From positions 38,502,001 through 38,566,000 of the forward strand of contig OZ024743.1 of assembly GCA_964016885.1 (NCBI GenBank): DNA of 64,000 nucleotides. The letters are read 5' to 3'. This document shows positions 30,487 through 42,835 of the stretch, in pieces. The notes beneath the pieces are model-generated. The model was given only the letters and a program-made list of their open reading frames with translations. It was not told the DNA's origin and searched no databases. The position numbers and the translations under genes were made by a program. Positions within the stretch are counted from its first letter, which is position 1; every line of letters starts with the position of its first letter. Source of the DNA: Eledone cirrhosa. Its lineage: Eukaryota.

Positions 30487-30509
30487 TCATCAGTCATATA
30501 TGTATGTAT

Positions 30510-31300
30510 ATTGACTCTCGAACTTTTACTGCGATATTGCAGCAGAGCATTCCGCTCGTTCAGACGTAAAAGGACTGGGTCGAAATATGCAGACGGCACG
30601 ATTTTGATTGTTTACAACGCCTCGGAGATCGAAGTACTCAGCACCTTCTTAGGAGAATATGAAAGTTAGACGGGAGCAAAACTGAAACTGGAGAAGACAT
30701 TGGGTTTGCAGCTCGACATCTGGAGCGGTAGATCCATGCCGTTCAACAGCATTGTCGGGCGCCTGACCGTGAAGTTTTTCGGGGTCAAGTTTGGACCAGA
30801 CTTGAAGGTGGATAAAAACTGGGAAAATGTAGCGGGCAAGGCGGTCACTCTCACCCAGAAATGGGCCGAGAGGAATCTCATGTTGAAAGAGCAGGCTTAG
30901 GTGCAGAACGCGTACACCGGGTCTGTCATCTACAACTGCCTCATCATCGTGACATTTCCCTGTTCGCTATTCTCAAAATTGGAACATCTGCCTTTCAAAA
31001 TTTTGTGGAAATGGGGGACACGTTATATACGTGATTTAATCCATCTGCAGCCGTCACTCTCTATGAAAGGGTTGTATATACCGTTGCAGATGATTCACAA
31101 ACATACGCTCAGGCTGTGACACCTTCAGACATAACGGTGAACAGGTGTGATCACCGTTTTCAAGGCATGCCTTTCCACAGCTTATCTCTTAGAATTAGCT
31201 GCAGTCAGGTTGATTTGAAGTGGAGAGGTGTGCCTACTCCATCTGCTCTCGGAGCGTTGGCTGGTTGAGAATTGATGGGGTTCCTGAATCACCCGGGGGT
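30510..31300 (+). mobile_element. Degenerate L1/Tx1 RT fragment
   Basis: SKYADGT (YADD-like), YES*TGAKLKLEKTLGLQL, FGVKFGPDLKVDKNW, WAERNL. Confidence 0.7.
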
Positions 31301-31500
31301 AATTCTCCCCTACATCCTATTGTGGAATTTATATTGTTATAATTTTCGTATTTATTTCTATTCTATTATATATTATTTTTTATTTGATTTCATTGAAGAC
31401 CCCACAGATCTCTTAAATGATCCCGTATATGGTGCCCTTGTTTTGTGGCAAATAAAGAAACAATGATTATTAACATTATAGAAACACAAATGTATATATA

Positions 31501-31583
<83 letters not shown>

Positions 31584-31640
31584 TATATTTATATATATGT
31601 ATATATATGTATGTATATATATATATATATGTATATATGT

Positions 31641-31995
31641 AATATATAAGATCAAAAGATGGTTAAACGAGTTCCATGTATTTTATTATGAGCATTTCAA
31701 AAACAAATATCATCATGCAAAAACATTTGCGTTTTCGTCAGATAAAATAGGGAGACATGATATGAAGGTTAAAACACACTTGTGAATAGTGCAATTTTAA
31801 ATCAACATATCAGTTTTAAATCAAATGTTATTGCATGATGATATTTGTTTTTGAAATGCGCATAATAAAATACATGGAACTCTTTTAACCATCTTTTGAT
31901 CTTATATATTATTTATACTCCAGTCCTACAAACTGTAGAGTGCTACTTATCCGATATCTGCATTGCTTTATTGTACTACAATAAAACTCACCTCC
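31641..31995. mobile_element. Foldback HHR element, same family as 36681-37270; HHR at 31679-31749 (-)
   Basis: tattttat CTGACGA aaac..tttt GAAA tgctca TA ataaaata; inverted partial right arm. Confidence 0.8.
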
Positions 31996-32000
31996 TTCAT

Positions 32001-32095
<95 letters not shown>

Positions 32096-32143
32096 GTATA
32101 TATATATGAATATATATATGTATATGTGTATATATATATGTGT

Positions 32144-32220
<77 letters not shown>

Positions 32221-32224
<4 letters not shown>

Positions 32225-33252
32225 GAAAATAATGAAACGAAATTTCATTTCTCACTCATAGTACCGCTGATACCTAAATATAGGTATGTATACGTACATA
32301 CATATATGTGTACAAACGTACAGTAGTATGTATATATATACTTACATGCAAACATGTTTACGTACATATATATGTGTGCTTGTATGTATATATATACATA
32401 CTACTGAACGTCTGTAAACATATATGTATGTACGTATACATAATTATATTTAGGTATCAGCCGTACTAAGAGTGAGAAATGAAATTTCGTTTCATACTTT
32501 TCCATTTATCGTTTTCGGTACGCCCGGCCGACTAACTCACTTGATATGCAAATTATGGTGTTCAGCCGTTAATATGCATAAGGAAAGTTAATACTTTCAA
32601 ACGTTTAGTCATCTGATAGAAAGGTATACGATGCTAACTATAGCTAATAAGCTTGAAACTAGTACATCGTTCCTGTGTCAGTGTTGAACAAAAGGGCAAC
32701 GATGGTTGCCGAGCACTGTACGGTGTAATTCAGGCTGTTTGTTTACAAACAAACCGAACATTATAATAAATGTTCGGTAAACCCATAGTACATATATATA
32801 TATGTGTGCATATATGTATATATATATACATGCTACTGTACGTCTGTACACATATATGTATGTACGTATACATACTTACATTTAGGTATCATCCGTACTA
32901 AGAGTGAAAAATGAAATTTCGTTTCATTCTTTTCCATTTATCGTTTTCGGTACACCCGGCCGACTAACTGACTTGAAATCAAATTAGGCTGCTCAGCCGT
33001 TAATATGCATAAAGAAAGTATATCTTTTCAAACGTTCAATCATCTGACAGAAAGGTATACGATGTTGACGATACCTAATAAGCTTGAAACTAGTACGTCG
33101 TTCCTGTGTCAGTGTTGAACAAAAGAGCGACGATGGTTGCCGAGCACTGTACGGCGTAATTCGGGTTGTTTGTTTACAAACAAACCGAACATTATAATAA
33201 ATGTTCGGTAAAGCCATACGTAAATATATATGTGTGCATGTATATATACATA
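32221..33252 (+). mobile_element. ~431-bp tandem HHR repeat with inverted 5' arm; third unit resumes at 34593-34660
   Basis: HHR remnants at 32628-32670 and 33059-33101; consensus acgatg CTGACGA t-agct-aata-agct-t GAAA c-ta-g TA catcgt; 32221-32340 inverted to 32385-32503. Confidence 0.75.
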
Positions 33253-34594
33253 CGACGCGTCGTCGCCGGCGGCGTCACAGTTGGTTGGAGAAGACGGCAT
33301 GCGGTAGGCCGCCGCTTCATATGTCAGGTCATCAGTTGGTACTACTGGTAACATGTATCCCAGTACAACCTGTCCCATGCTCGGGTCGTTGGCGACTAAA
33401 CTGGCAAACCTACCAAGGTTTCTTGGTGATGAGTGTGACTTTGAACATCCTGCAGGACTAAAAACAAAACCTGTCAAAGAGCAAAGGAGCTCTTAAGAGT
33501 CAATGGCCATCCAAAATCACCGGGAGGGATGACCCCTTAGCCTTTGTTAAGGCAGAATTCTAGGAGAAGGAAAACTCTGATATAACACCTGCAACCCTGA
33601 TGGTATCCAATGATGTTGACTTGTTCTTCTCTTTGGTAAATATCATCTTGGTTAAGAGAGTGGGACTGGCTTTGTGCAGTGCCTTTGCTCACTATAAAAG
33701 CTTCAGGGCACAGGCATTGCTTTATATCTGGAGATCTCTCTGCACTTGTCGTCACATGGTACCATGGGCCGAGCACTATGTGTCAATAATTGTCACAAGT
33801 GTAGTGTTTGTACCAGAGTTTTCAAGTCGCTGGCTGGACTAAAAAGTCACACTCATTCAGCACAAAGGTAGGGGTTCTCCTACATGGATATAAAGTAGTG
33901 TCCGTACTCGAAAACGAGTTGGCAGCCACCATGTATATATATATATATATGTATGTGTATATGCATGTATGTGTATATGTATGTGTATATGTATGTATGT
34001 GTATGTGTATGTATGTGCATATGTATGTATGTGCATGTGCATGTGTATGCATATGTAAGTATATATATATATGTATGTATGTGTATATGTATGTGTGTAC
34101 ATATGTATGTGTGTGCATGTGTAGGTATGTACATATGTATGTATATATATGTGTATGTATGTGCATATATATGTGTATACATGTGTATGTGTGTGCATAT
34201 GTAAGTATATACATGTGTATGTTTTGTGCATGTATATGTATGTATATATATATATATATATGTATGTGTATATGTATGTATATGTATGTGTATATGTATG
34301 TATGTATGTGTGTATGTATATATATTTATGTCAGACAACCAGTTGGTGCTACTGGTAACATGTATCCCAGTACGACCTGTCTCATGGTCGGGTCGTAGGC
34401 GACTAAACTGGCAACCCCACCAAGGTTTCTTGGTGAGGAAGGTGAATTTGGACATCCTGCAGGACTAAAAACAAAACCTGTCAAAGGGCAGAGGAGCTCT
34501 TAAGAGTCAATGGCCATCCAAAATCACCGGGAGAGATGATCCCTTAGACTTTGTCAAGGCAGAATTCTAGGAGAAGGAAAACTCTGATATAACA
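33253..34594 (+). mobile_element. RTE-5'UTR-like insertion with internal ~265-bp duplication and (TATG)n-like tract
   Basis: ggagaaggaaaactctgatataac resembles RTE 5' regions; 33324-33588 repeated at 34328-34595; possible TSD acatac. Confidence 0.5.
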
Positions 34595-34656
34595 CATACT
34601 ACTGTACGTCTGTATACATACATGTATGTACGTATACATGTATGTACGTATACATA

Positions 34657-34715
<59 letters not shown>

Positions 34716-34964
34716 ATGATGAAGGCCAGTCAAGACTGAAATGTATAGACTGTTGTGCCCTCGCTTCTGCTGGATACTACCAGAGGGTTTTAGCACCGGT
34801 GTGTGCATAGCTACGGCTTCCGAAATGTTTCTTGTAAACATACCGTGTTTCTTTCCAAATACGAAATCTCTATACATATCTGTGTAATGCTATGCCTGAA
34901 ACGATATCTTATTTATATATATATACATATATATAAATATATATACATATATATATATAATGTG

Positions 34965-35030
<66 letters not shown>

Positions 35031-35631
35031 CAAATAGCCAGTTAGATAGATAAATATATAGAAAGATCGATATGTATTACTTTTTTGTGGGGATTAATGA
35101 ACAATTGTAGACATATCGAGAAGGTGTTGATTTAATTTATAACTTTATGTATTAGGATAATTGAATGCTCGTGAGTGGGTGAAAAACGAGAATGGCTCAC
35201 GCAGTGAATGAATATAATATTGGTTTAAATTGTTAACAATACTGCGAAAAGGGATTGTTTTATAAATACGAATCATATTAATACATGCCATGAAAATAAC
35301 ATTTTACGATAAAAAAAAATCAATTTAGAAAGGCTTCGTGTTTTCTTTGGCGTTTTGTTTTTGCCAATGAAATTTATGTTTGTCACTCGCTTGCAAAGAA
35401 ATTGATTCAGTGTTAATATCGATGTAATACAAACTGGAAGCCCTGCTCAACAAATCCGATTACGTAGTTGATAGTAGTCACGGGATAGAATATTCTAATC
35501 ATTTCCGTGTTTTTAAATTTCTAATTTATTTCCATTGATTTAGAATTGACACTAAATCGCCACAAATGCAAATTTCCAATCTCAAAGGAGAGAATATCTG
35601 TAATGTACAACGTTGAAGTGCTTTGTCCCCG

Positions 35632-35649
35632 TGACGTCAATCTTTTATA
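35632..35649 (-). promoter_or_regulatory. TATAAAAG box (minus) adjacent to a palindromic CRE site TGACGTCA
   Basis: Consensus motifs inside a ~900-bp non-repetitive island; function unverified. Confidence 0.25.
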
Positions 35650-36023
35650 ATTTATTGCCACCTTTCGGTTATAGTTTTCGTCGTTTTCTGTCTACACTAT
35701 GTCAATTATCAACTACGCAATTTCTATTCTGGACACGTCAAATTGTCATTGCTGTAGAGTAACTTGTGACATAGGTATGCCAATATTTCAGTGGTGATGT
35801 AATCATCGTGGAAAAGACCCATAAATGGACGTGAAAGCGATTTGGGTATGTTCAAGAAAAACCAGAAGTATATATATATATACATATATGTAGATAAATC
35901 TACCAAAAATTTACGGTAGTGTCCAATCCGTATGAAGAACTCAATGTAATCCGGATATCATGAAAAGAGAAGATGTATTCAAAAACTATTTTCGGTGAAA
36001 AATAAACGGAAAACAGAGTCAAG

Positions 36024-36403
36024 ATAAATTAATAAAATAATGAATAAACAAAGAAACAGTTCCTTATATTAAAAAAATTCATCATTTTACGATCGTTTCT
36101 AGGATATATATGTGTTAGTGTTGGTATGCATATTCTATAGATCTATGTACAATATTTATACAAACTATCAGAGGGAATATACATACCTACACATATATAT
36201 GCTGTCTTCAGAAATAATCATTATTTCTGAAGACAGCATATAGGTATGTATATTCCCTCTCATAGTTTGTATAAATAGTGTACATAGATCTATAGAATAT
36301 GCATACCAACACTAACACATATATATCCTAGAAACGATCGTAAAATGATGAATTTTTTTAATATAAGGAACTGTTTCTTTGTTTATTCATTATTTTATTA
36401 ATT

Positions 36404-36406
<3 letters not shown>
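36024..36406. mobile_element. Near-perfect 380-bp palindrome; each arm carries an HHR (36080-36219 -, 36219-36350 +)
   Basis: cattattt CTGAAGA ..~97 nt.. GAAA c-gatc-g TA aaatgatg. Confidence 0.8.
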
Positions 36407-36434
<28 letters not shown>

Positions 36435-36610
36435 TAGAAAGTGAGGTTTTTTTTACAAAATGAAAAATAACCGAGGTGTCCTACACGAGTGAAAGTATAA
36501 AGAAAAAGAGATGAAATCGAAAATGCAACTGGAGTCTTATTTTTTTTTTTAAATATATATATTTATTAAAAAATAAGACACCAGTTGCATTTTCGATTTC
36601 ATCTCTTTTT

Positions 36611-36665
<55 letters not shown>

Positions 36666-36680
36666 CATATATATATATAT

Positions 36681-37270
36681 AATATATAAGATCAAAAGAT
36701 GGTTAAAATAGTTCCATGTATTTTATTATGCGCATTTCAAAAAAAATTTCATCATGCAATAACATTTGCGTTTTCATCAGATAAAATAGGGAGACACGAT
36801 ATGAAGGTTAAAACTCACTTGTGAATAGTGCAGTTTTAAATCAACATATATGTTGATATGAAACTGCATTATTTACAAATGTGTTTTAACCTTCATATCA
36901 TGTCTCCCTATTTTATCTGACGAAAACGCAAATGTCATTGCATGATGATATTTGTTTTTGAAATGCGCATAATAAAATACATGGAACTATTTTAACCATC
37001 TTTTGATCTTATATATTATTTATACTCCAGTCCTACAAACTGTAGAGTGCTATTTATCCGATATCTGCATTGCTTTATTGTACTTATCGGTGGAGGGTCG
37101 GACGCCATGCTATCCAGCATAGTTACGTCCCTTTACGATCTGAGTTCAAATCCCGCCGAGGTTGACTTTGCCTTTCAACCTTACGTGTTCGATACAAGCA
37201 ATGCACTATGTAATTGCTGGCCTTGTGCCTAAAGTAGAAACATTTATTGTACTACAATAAAACTCACCAC
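36681..37270. mobile_element. Foldback HHR element; HHRs at 36719-36788 (-) and 36909-36979 (+)
   Basis: 8-bp stem I tattttat/ataaaata, CTGAYGA, long stem II, GAAA t-gcgc-a TA. Confidence 0.85.
37085..37242 (+). mobile_element. SINE insertion with 11-bp TSD TTTATTGTACT
   Basis: TSD at 37074-37084 and 37243-37253; empty site in the paralogous copy at ~31967-31977. Confidence 0.9.
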
Positions 37271-37518
37271 CTACACATATATATATATATATATATGCGA
37301 GAAAAAGCTCAGAGCCTGCACCTCCATTCTACTTTTGAAAAGTACAAAAACTGCGGAACCGGTAAAGGAACCAAATAAAAATATATTTTTTTTAAAAGAC
37401 TCCAGTTGCATTTTATATTTCAACTTTTTTCCTTTTACTTTATCTCGTGTAGGACACCTCGTTTATTTTTCATTTTATAAAAAACCCTCACTTTTTAATA
37501 TATATACATCTATATATA

Positions 37519-39775
37519 TATTACAAAATAACAGGAGGCACGTTCTGGTGTAAATTCTTGAAAGGTTTATTTTGCTATGATCATTTCAATGACCGGGTTC
37601 AGTATTAATCTGGTGACATCATCAGGTAATTCAAAATATAACGAAGGAATATATCAGATAAAAATCTTTGGTGTTTAAATCAGAAACAACAGGGCGGCCG
37701 GTATTTTAACGATTTGTATCTACGTCGACAGCTCTCAGTGCTGATAATTGGGTTAAGTTACTACCTTATGACGTGGGGGCGTAAGCCTTTAATGTACTAA
37801 CACCATTTGTCAGATGGAAGTGCCAGCGCTGAGGTCACGCGTCAATCAGGGTAGTCTGGCATGCTCGATAATGCCGCGAAATATGTTTTTTCAAGGTAGA
37901 CATAAATATTAAAGATTAAAAAGGAGAGAGTGAGTGTGTGTGAATGAAAGAGAGATAGAAAGTGAGAGTGAGTAAAACAGAGAGAGATTTTAGGAGGATG
38001 AAAAACAGAGAGATTGATAGAAGAGTGAGAAATATAGAGTGTGTGTAATTAATATAGCGAGAAGGTGACAATTAACATAAGGAGGCTTTTATGAAGAAGT
38101 TTAGGTGTGATATATATAGTCACGATAAATTGTCAGGGTGGTATATATAGTACAAATATGCCCGTGCTAGCGGTCAATAACCAGCGGTCAACATCCACCC
38201 GCCAGCTGTTCCGAGTAATATCGTCTACCGAATATCATGCCTGTTCCTACTAGCACTTAACTATACCCCCCACACTGTGTGATATAATAGCAACCGCTTG
38301 GTATATACGATGGCCAGCCGGCGATGGAGGGCTCCTCGCTAGCACAACCGACGCCTAAAATAGCTACATTCCTGGAGTGCTCGGAGAAACTAAATTCTAT
38401 TAATGGTTATGACTAGGCCTAGAAAATAAGGGTACTATTTGGCGGTCAATGGCGGCGGCGTGTCGACTCTCGGGCCCGGCATAGACCCATGACGAAGGGT
38501 GTGAATAAGCATTAATTGTCTGGTAACACGCGATGATACGAAGGATGTGGCGGTTTTCGGACTGCGAACCGGCCAATCGGGCGTTTTAACCTTTCTTGAG
38601 TGCTTGGAAAAATAAATTTCCCCTTTTTTCGATAAACCAAACTATTCGGAACGCTCCTTCGTCACGGAGCTAGCCGGGTCCGAGACTCAACACGCCATCG
38701 CCATTGACCGCCAAATAGTACGCTTATTTTCTAGGCCTAGTCATAACCATTAACTGTATCATGCCTCTTTCTACTAGCACTTAAATATACTCCCACACTG
38801 TGTGATATAATAGCAACCGCTTCGTATATACGATGGCCAGCCGGCGATGGGGGCCTCCGCACTGGCACAACCGATACCTAACACAGCTACATTCATGGAG
38901 TGCTCGGAAAAAAATAATCTCTATTTCTTTCGCTAGACGATATTACTCGGAACAGCTGGCGGGTATATAACGCGGGACACCTAGCAGCCGCTGGTTATTG
39001 ACCGCTAGCACGGGCATATTTTTACTATATATACCACTCTGACAATTTATCGTGACTATATCTATATCACACCTAAACTTCTTCATAAAAGCCTCCTTAT
39101 GTTAATTGTTACCTTCTCTCTATATTAATTACACACACTCTATATTTCTCACTCTCTCTGTCAATCTCTGTTTTTCATTCTCCTACAATCTCTCTCTGTT
39201 TTACTCTCTCTGTCACTTTCTATCTCTCTTTCATTCACACACACTCTCTCCCTTTTTAATCTTTATGTCTGTTTGTCCTTGAAATAATATATTTCGCGGT
39301 ATTATCGAGCATGCCTGACCAGCCTGATTGACGCGTGACCTCAGCGCTGGCACTGCCATCTGACGGGATGGTGGTAGTACATTAAAGGCTTACGCCCCCA
39401 CACCATACGGTAGTAACGTAACCCAATTATCAGCACTTGAGTGCGGTCGACGTAGGTACAAGTCGCTAAAATACTGGCCAACCTCTTGTCAAAGATTTTT
39501 ATCTGATATATTTCTTCCTTATATTTGGAATTGCCTGTGATGTCAACGGATTCATACTGACCCCGGTCATTGAAATGATCACAGTAAAATAAACCTTTCA
39601 AGGATTTACACCAGAACATGCCTCCTGTTATTTTGTAATAATTAACTCCGTACTCGCACCACCAACTACACAAACGAAGACGTGTGGTTGCAATACGTTG
39701 AGTGCTTTCAATAACATTACATCGTGGCCGACCACAAAGAATGACCAGTTCTATCTAGTGGTGAACCAACAAACC

Positions 39776-39780
<5 letters not shown>
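37519..39780. mobile_element. 2.1-kb foldback element with ~700-bp arms, nested internal repeats and HHRs at 37572-37629 (-) and 39531-39587 (+, decayed)
   Basis: 37519-38226 inverted to 38935-39640; ttac CTGATGA t...t GAAA t-gatc-a TA gcaa. Confidence 0.75.
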
Positions 39781-39860
<80 letters not shown>

Positions 39861-39865
39861 AAACC

Positions 39866-40045
39866 AATCAGGACCCGATGGCTGAGCTCCGGCCGTTTCG
39901 ACATCTAGATCAGTTCGGATCTAGCTGTCGAAATGGCGCAGCTCAGTCGTCAGGGTCGGTCCTGACTCTTTTCCCTATTACCTACTCTACTAGACTAAGT
40001 ATCGAGTCCTCTGGTGCGTCATGGTCCACCTGGTATCCTACCGCA
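39866..40045. repeat. Short foldback copy of the half-HHR family
   Basis: 39869-39911 inverted to 39918-39965; homologous to 13776-13900. Confidence 0.6.
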
Positions 40046-40562
40046 CTTTCTTTGTTACATATATATATATTTACACTTACAGTTTAATTTATTCAATTAT
40101 TAATTACTTAATATTGAATTATTATTCTTCCTTTTTCGTAACCTGATACCATTTGTATTTTACACAACTCCATGTAATTTATTGCTTTTTTATCTTTTCT
40201 TGAATTTATTCAACGTTATAATTACCAATAATTATGTACCACTGCTTCCTCCATTTTATAATCCTTAACATTTACATAACAATTTACAACAATAGTGTAT
40301 TTTCTCTTTAAGTGATTCCCCGTCACATTTCTCTGGTTTTCAGCCAGTGGTTGCTATTGTACAAAACCAAACGGTCATGAGTGATAGCGTAGCATATAGG
40401 CCATATGTTCTCAAACATTTGGGGATACCTACACACCCACGCAAACGTAATATTTTCTGCGCCAGCAACCCTATTTCCAGAGAGAACTGCCTACATGCAA
40501 TTTATAAATAATAAATAATAAATAAAATTGTTAATTCATATATAATGAATAATGAATTCTAG

Positions 40563-40760
40563 TATAGGCACAAGGCCAGTCATTTTGGGGGAGGGGAAAG
40601 TCGATTAAATTCACTCCAGTGCGTTACTGGTACTTTATTTTATCGACCTCGTGATGATAAAAGGTAAAGTTAACCACGATGGGATGTGAACTCAAATCAT
40701 AATGGGCCGTAACTATATGCTGCAAAACATTACATCCGACCCTCTAGCGATACTCCCAAT
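40563..40760 (-). mobile_element. tRNA-derived SINE
   Basis: Family match. Confidence 0.8.
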
Positions 40761-41432
40761 AATATATACTGTGTATAAATAAATATTGTATATATTTTTT
40801 ATTGTACTCTATTTATTTAAGATATGTATTATTTGATATTCAATAGACTATTATATCATTTTAGAACGCCACCTTAGACCAGGGCCCCGCCTTGGACTTT
40901 CTCACCACCGCCGGGGTGGGAAGGCCCACTTTGAGAACCTCTGATAGAGGCGAAATGTAGAATTCTGTCGCCGCCAAAAAATCCAACCCTCCTTTGTAGC
41001 GCCTATGATCCAAAAGTGCAATGTATTGTCGAATGTCTGGCATTTGAAATCGGTTGGCCATGGTGGTCACAATGACTGGTGTATCGCCTCCGAATCAATT
41101 CTATCCTATGTTTATGTTTGCTGTAGCCCAGTAATTGATTACTTCATCTTTGCAATTTACTGCTAATGACGACGCAAAAAGTTTTATGATAGGATTTGAT
41201 TAAATACGCATAGTGAATTTTGCAACGTTAAAAGAATATTTGGAATCCACTCTTCTCATTCCATTTTAAGCCATTCTTGAACGAAACACGAGATGGCAAA
41301 TCGACGATGGATATTTTGATTAACATTGTGGGCTTTTGCTTATTCCAGATCTACCCATTAACTAAACTATGCAACATAAGTGGTATATATATATACATTA
41401 AAGTTTAAGCAAAACTGAAATTTAATTTGTTA

Positions 41433-41485
<53 letters not shown>

Positions 41486-41963
41486 GTAGGTCCCGGGTTG
41501 AGTCGGGGATAACCACAGTAAGTAAGGTACTCAATTCTTTCCATTCTACAAAAACACTCTGGCCACCTGTGGATTGTATGTTAACTTGACCACTCACCCC
41601 AGTCTGTGCCATGATTCGGTCTTGTTAAATGTTTAATTTCTATTACCAACCCACCTAAAAGATTTCCCTACTATATATCTGTTGAATTACTATTGTTGGG
41701 GTTTTTATTTATATTTTTATTTATTTATTTATTTATTTATTTTTTTTTTTTTATTCATTTATCTATTTATTCATTTATTTATTTATTTATTTACTTATTT
41801 ATTTATTTCAAAAAAGCACTCTGGCTAATTGACCACTCCCCAAAGAAAAAACGGCCTCTGCCATGAAGTGGTCCTGTGTATCTAAATACCCCCCCCCCCC
41901 CCATCCACCCCCCTCCCTTACCACTACCTAAATGTATAAATACCAGAACTTAATATGACACCC

Positions 41964-42014
41964 AGCTTCCTGAAGATTTCATCTGAATGAAACAGTACTA
42001 GTCCTGTAGAAGCT
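41964..42014 (+). ncRNA. Type I hammerhead with long, near-palindromic stem III
   Basis: agcttc CTGAAGA t-ttc-atct-gaa-t GAAA cagtactagtcctg TA gaagct. Confidence 0.8.
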
Positions 42015-42148
42015 CCTTCTATGAAATAAAAATAAAAAATAAATATATATATATATATATGCAGAGGTTATATTTAATTTGTTGGGATTCAACAACCTTA
42101 AACATTGTTATAACTGATATAAAGCACTCAACAGTAGAGTTGAGTAAA

Positions 42149-42788
42149 TACACAATATATTAATAAATGTAAACTATATTTACAAAACCATATTTATTTT
42201 ATTATACATATTTCAAGGGCCACCAAAGCAAACTATGGTGCGCTTTCATCAGATAAAATACAGATTTGTTTTATAAATATTGACATATCTTATATTGAAG
42301 GAATTAAGGGAAGAGTGACAAAAGAGCAACCAATGATCATCTACAAAAACTAAATACTGAAGCTTCTTATATAATGCAAGAATTAGGCATCGAAAATAGG
42401 TCTCAACCCTTCATAACTAGGAAACCAAAAATTAATATGAAGGACCATAAAATAAATATTGAAATTGAATTAACAGCTAGATTTATTGCACCATCTAAAT
42501 CGGACCTTGGCATATTTAACAAGAATATTTTACATATAATCATACCACAACTTAGAATCATACATTTAAAATTATGTAATGGGATTAATGAAGTTATCGA
42601 CTGATTTAAGGACATTAAATATAAGCCAGAGGTTGTCTTTTTTTCCGGGTATGTAAATATTTATTTATAAAACAAATCGGTATTTTATCTGATGAAAGAG
42701 CACCATACTTTGCCTTGGTGGCCCTTGACATATGTATATTAAAATAAATATGGTTTTATAAATATAGTTTCCATTTATTAATATATTG

Positions 42789-42790
<2 letters not shown>
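42149..42790 (+). mobile_element. Internally deleted PLE: inverted pLTR, RT fragment, pLTR; HHRs at 42195-42260 (-, intact) and 42681-42746 (+, GACA)
   Basis: ORF 42374-42604 (LGIENR..KDHK..SKSDLG) aligns with the PLE RT at 44582-45673; ~130-bp inverted arms. Confidence 0.8.

Positions 42791-42835
<45 letters not shown>

Larger units (their letters stand above)
27268..30507 (+). mobile_element. HERO-clade non-LTR retrotransposon (Zn finger, RT, REL), pseudogenised with internal deletions
   Basis: CTCGKVCKNIHGLKIH; RRRIKWP; WLDLANAFVSIPHKLV; AFKDDLT; WARMHFKPIKSRSMVLRKGKV; RPD..VLLELTVPWEDRLEEAFERKLSKY; N-terminal RT deleted near 28395; ~108-bp direct repeat at both ends. Confidence 0.85.

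Noticed and set aside
34711-34750. tgatga aggc..gact GAAA tgta TA minimal HHR-like motif
   Set aside because: 5' side merges with (TGA)n, no stem I, and stem II mismatched
36024-39640. MITE or DNA-transposon interpretation of the inverted repeats
   Set aside because: Arms are of unequal length, there are no short conserved TIRs shared between families, and HHRs and PLE RT remnants are present
40861-41070. GC-rich 69-aa ORF on minus
   Set aside because: No recognisable motif; probably a TE fragment; cannot be assigned without a search
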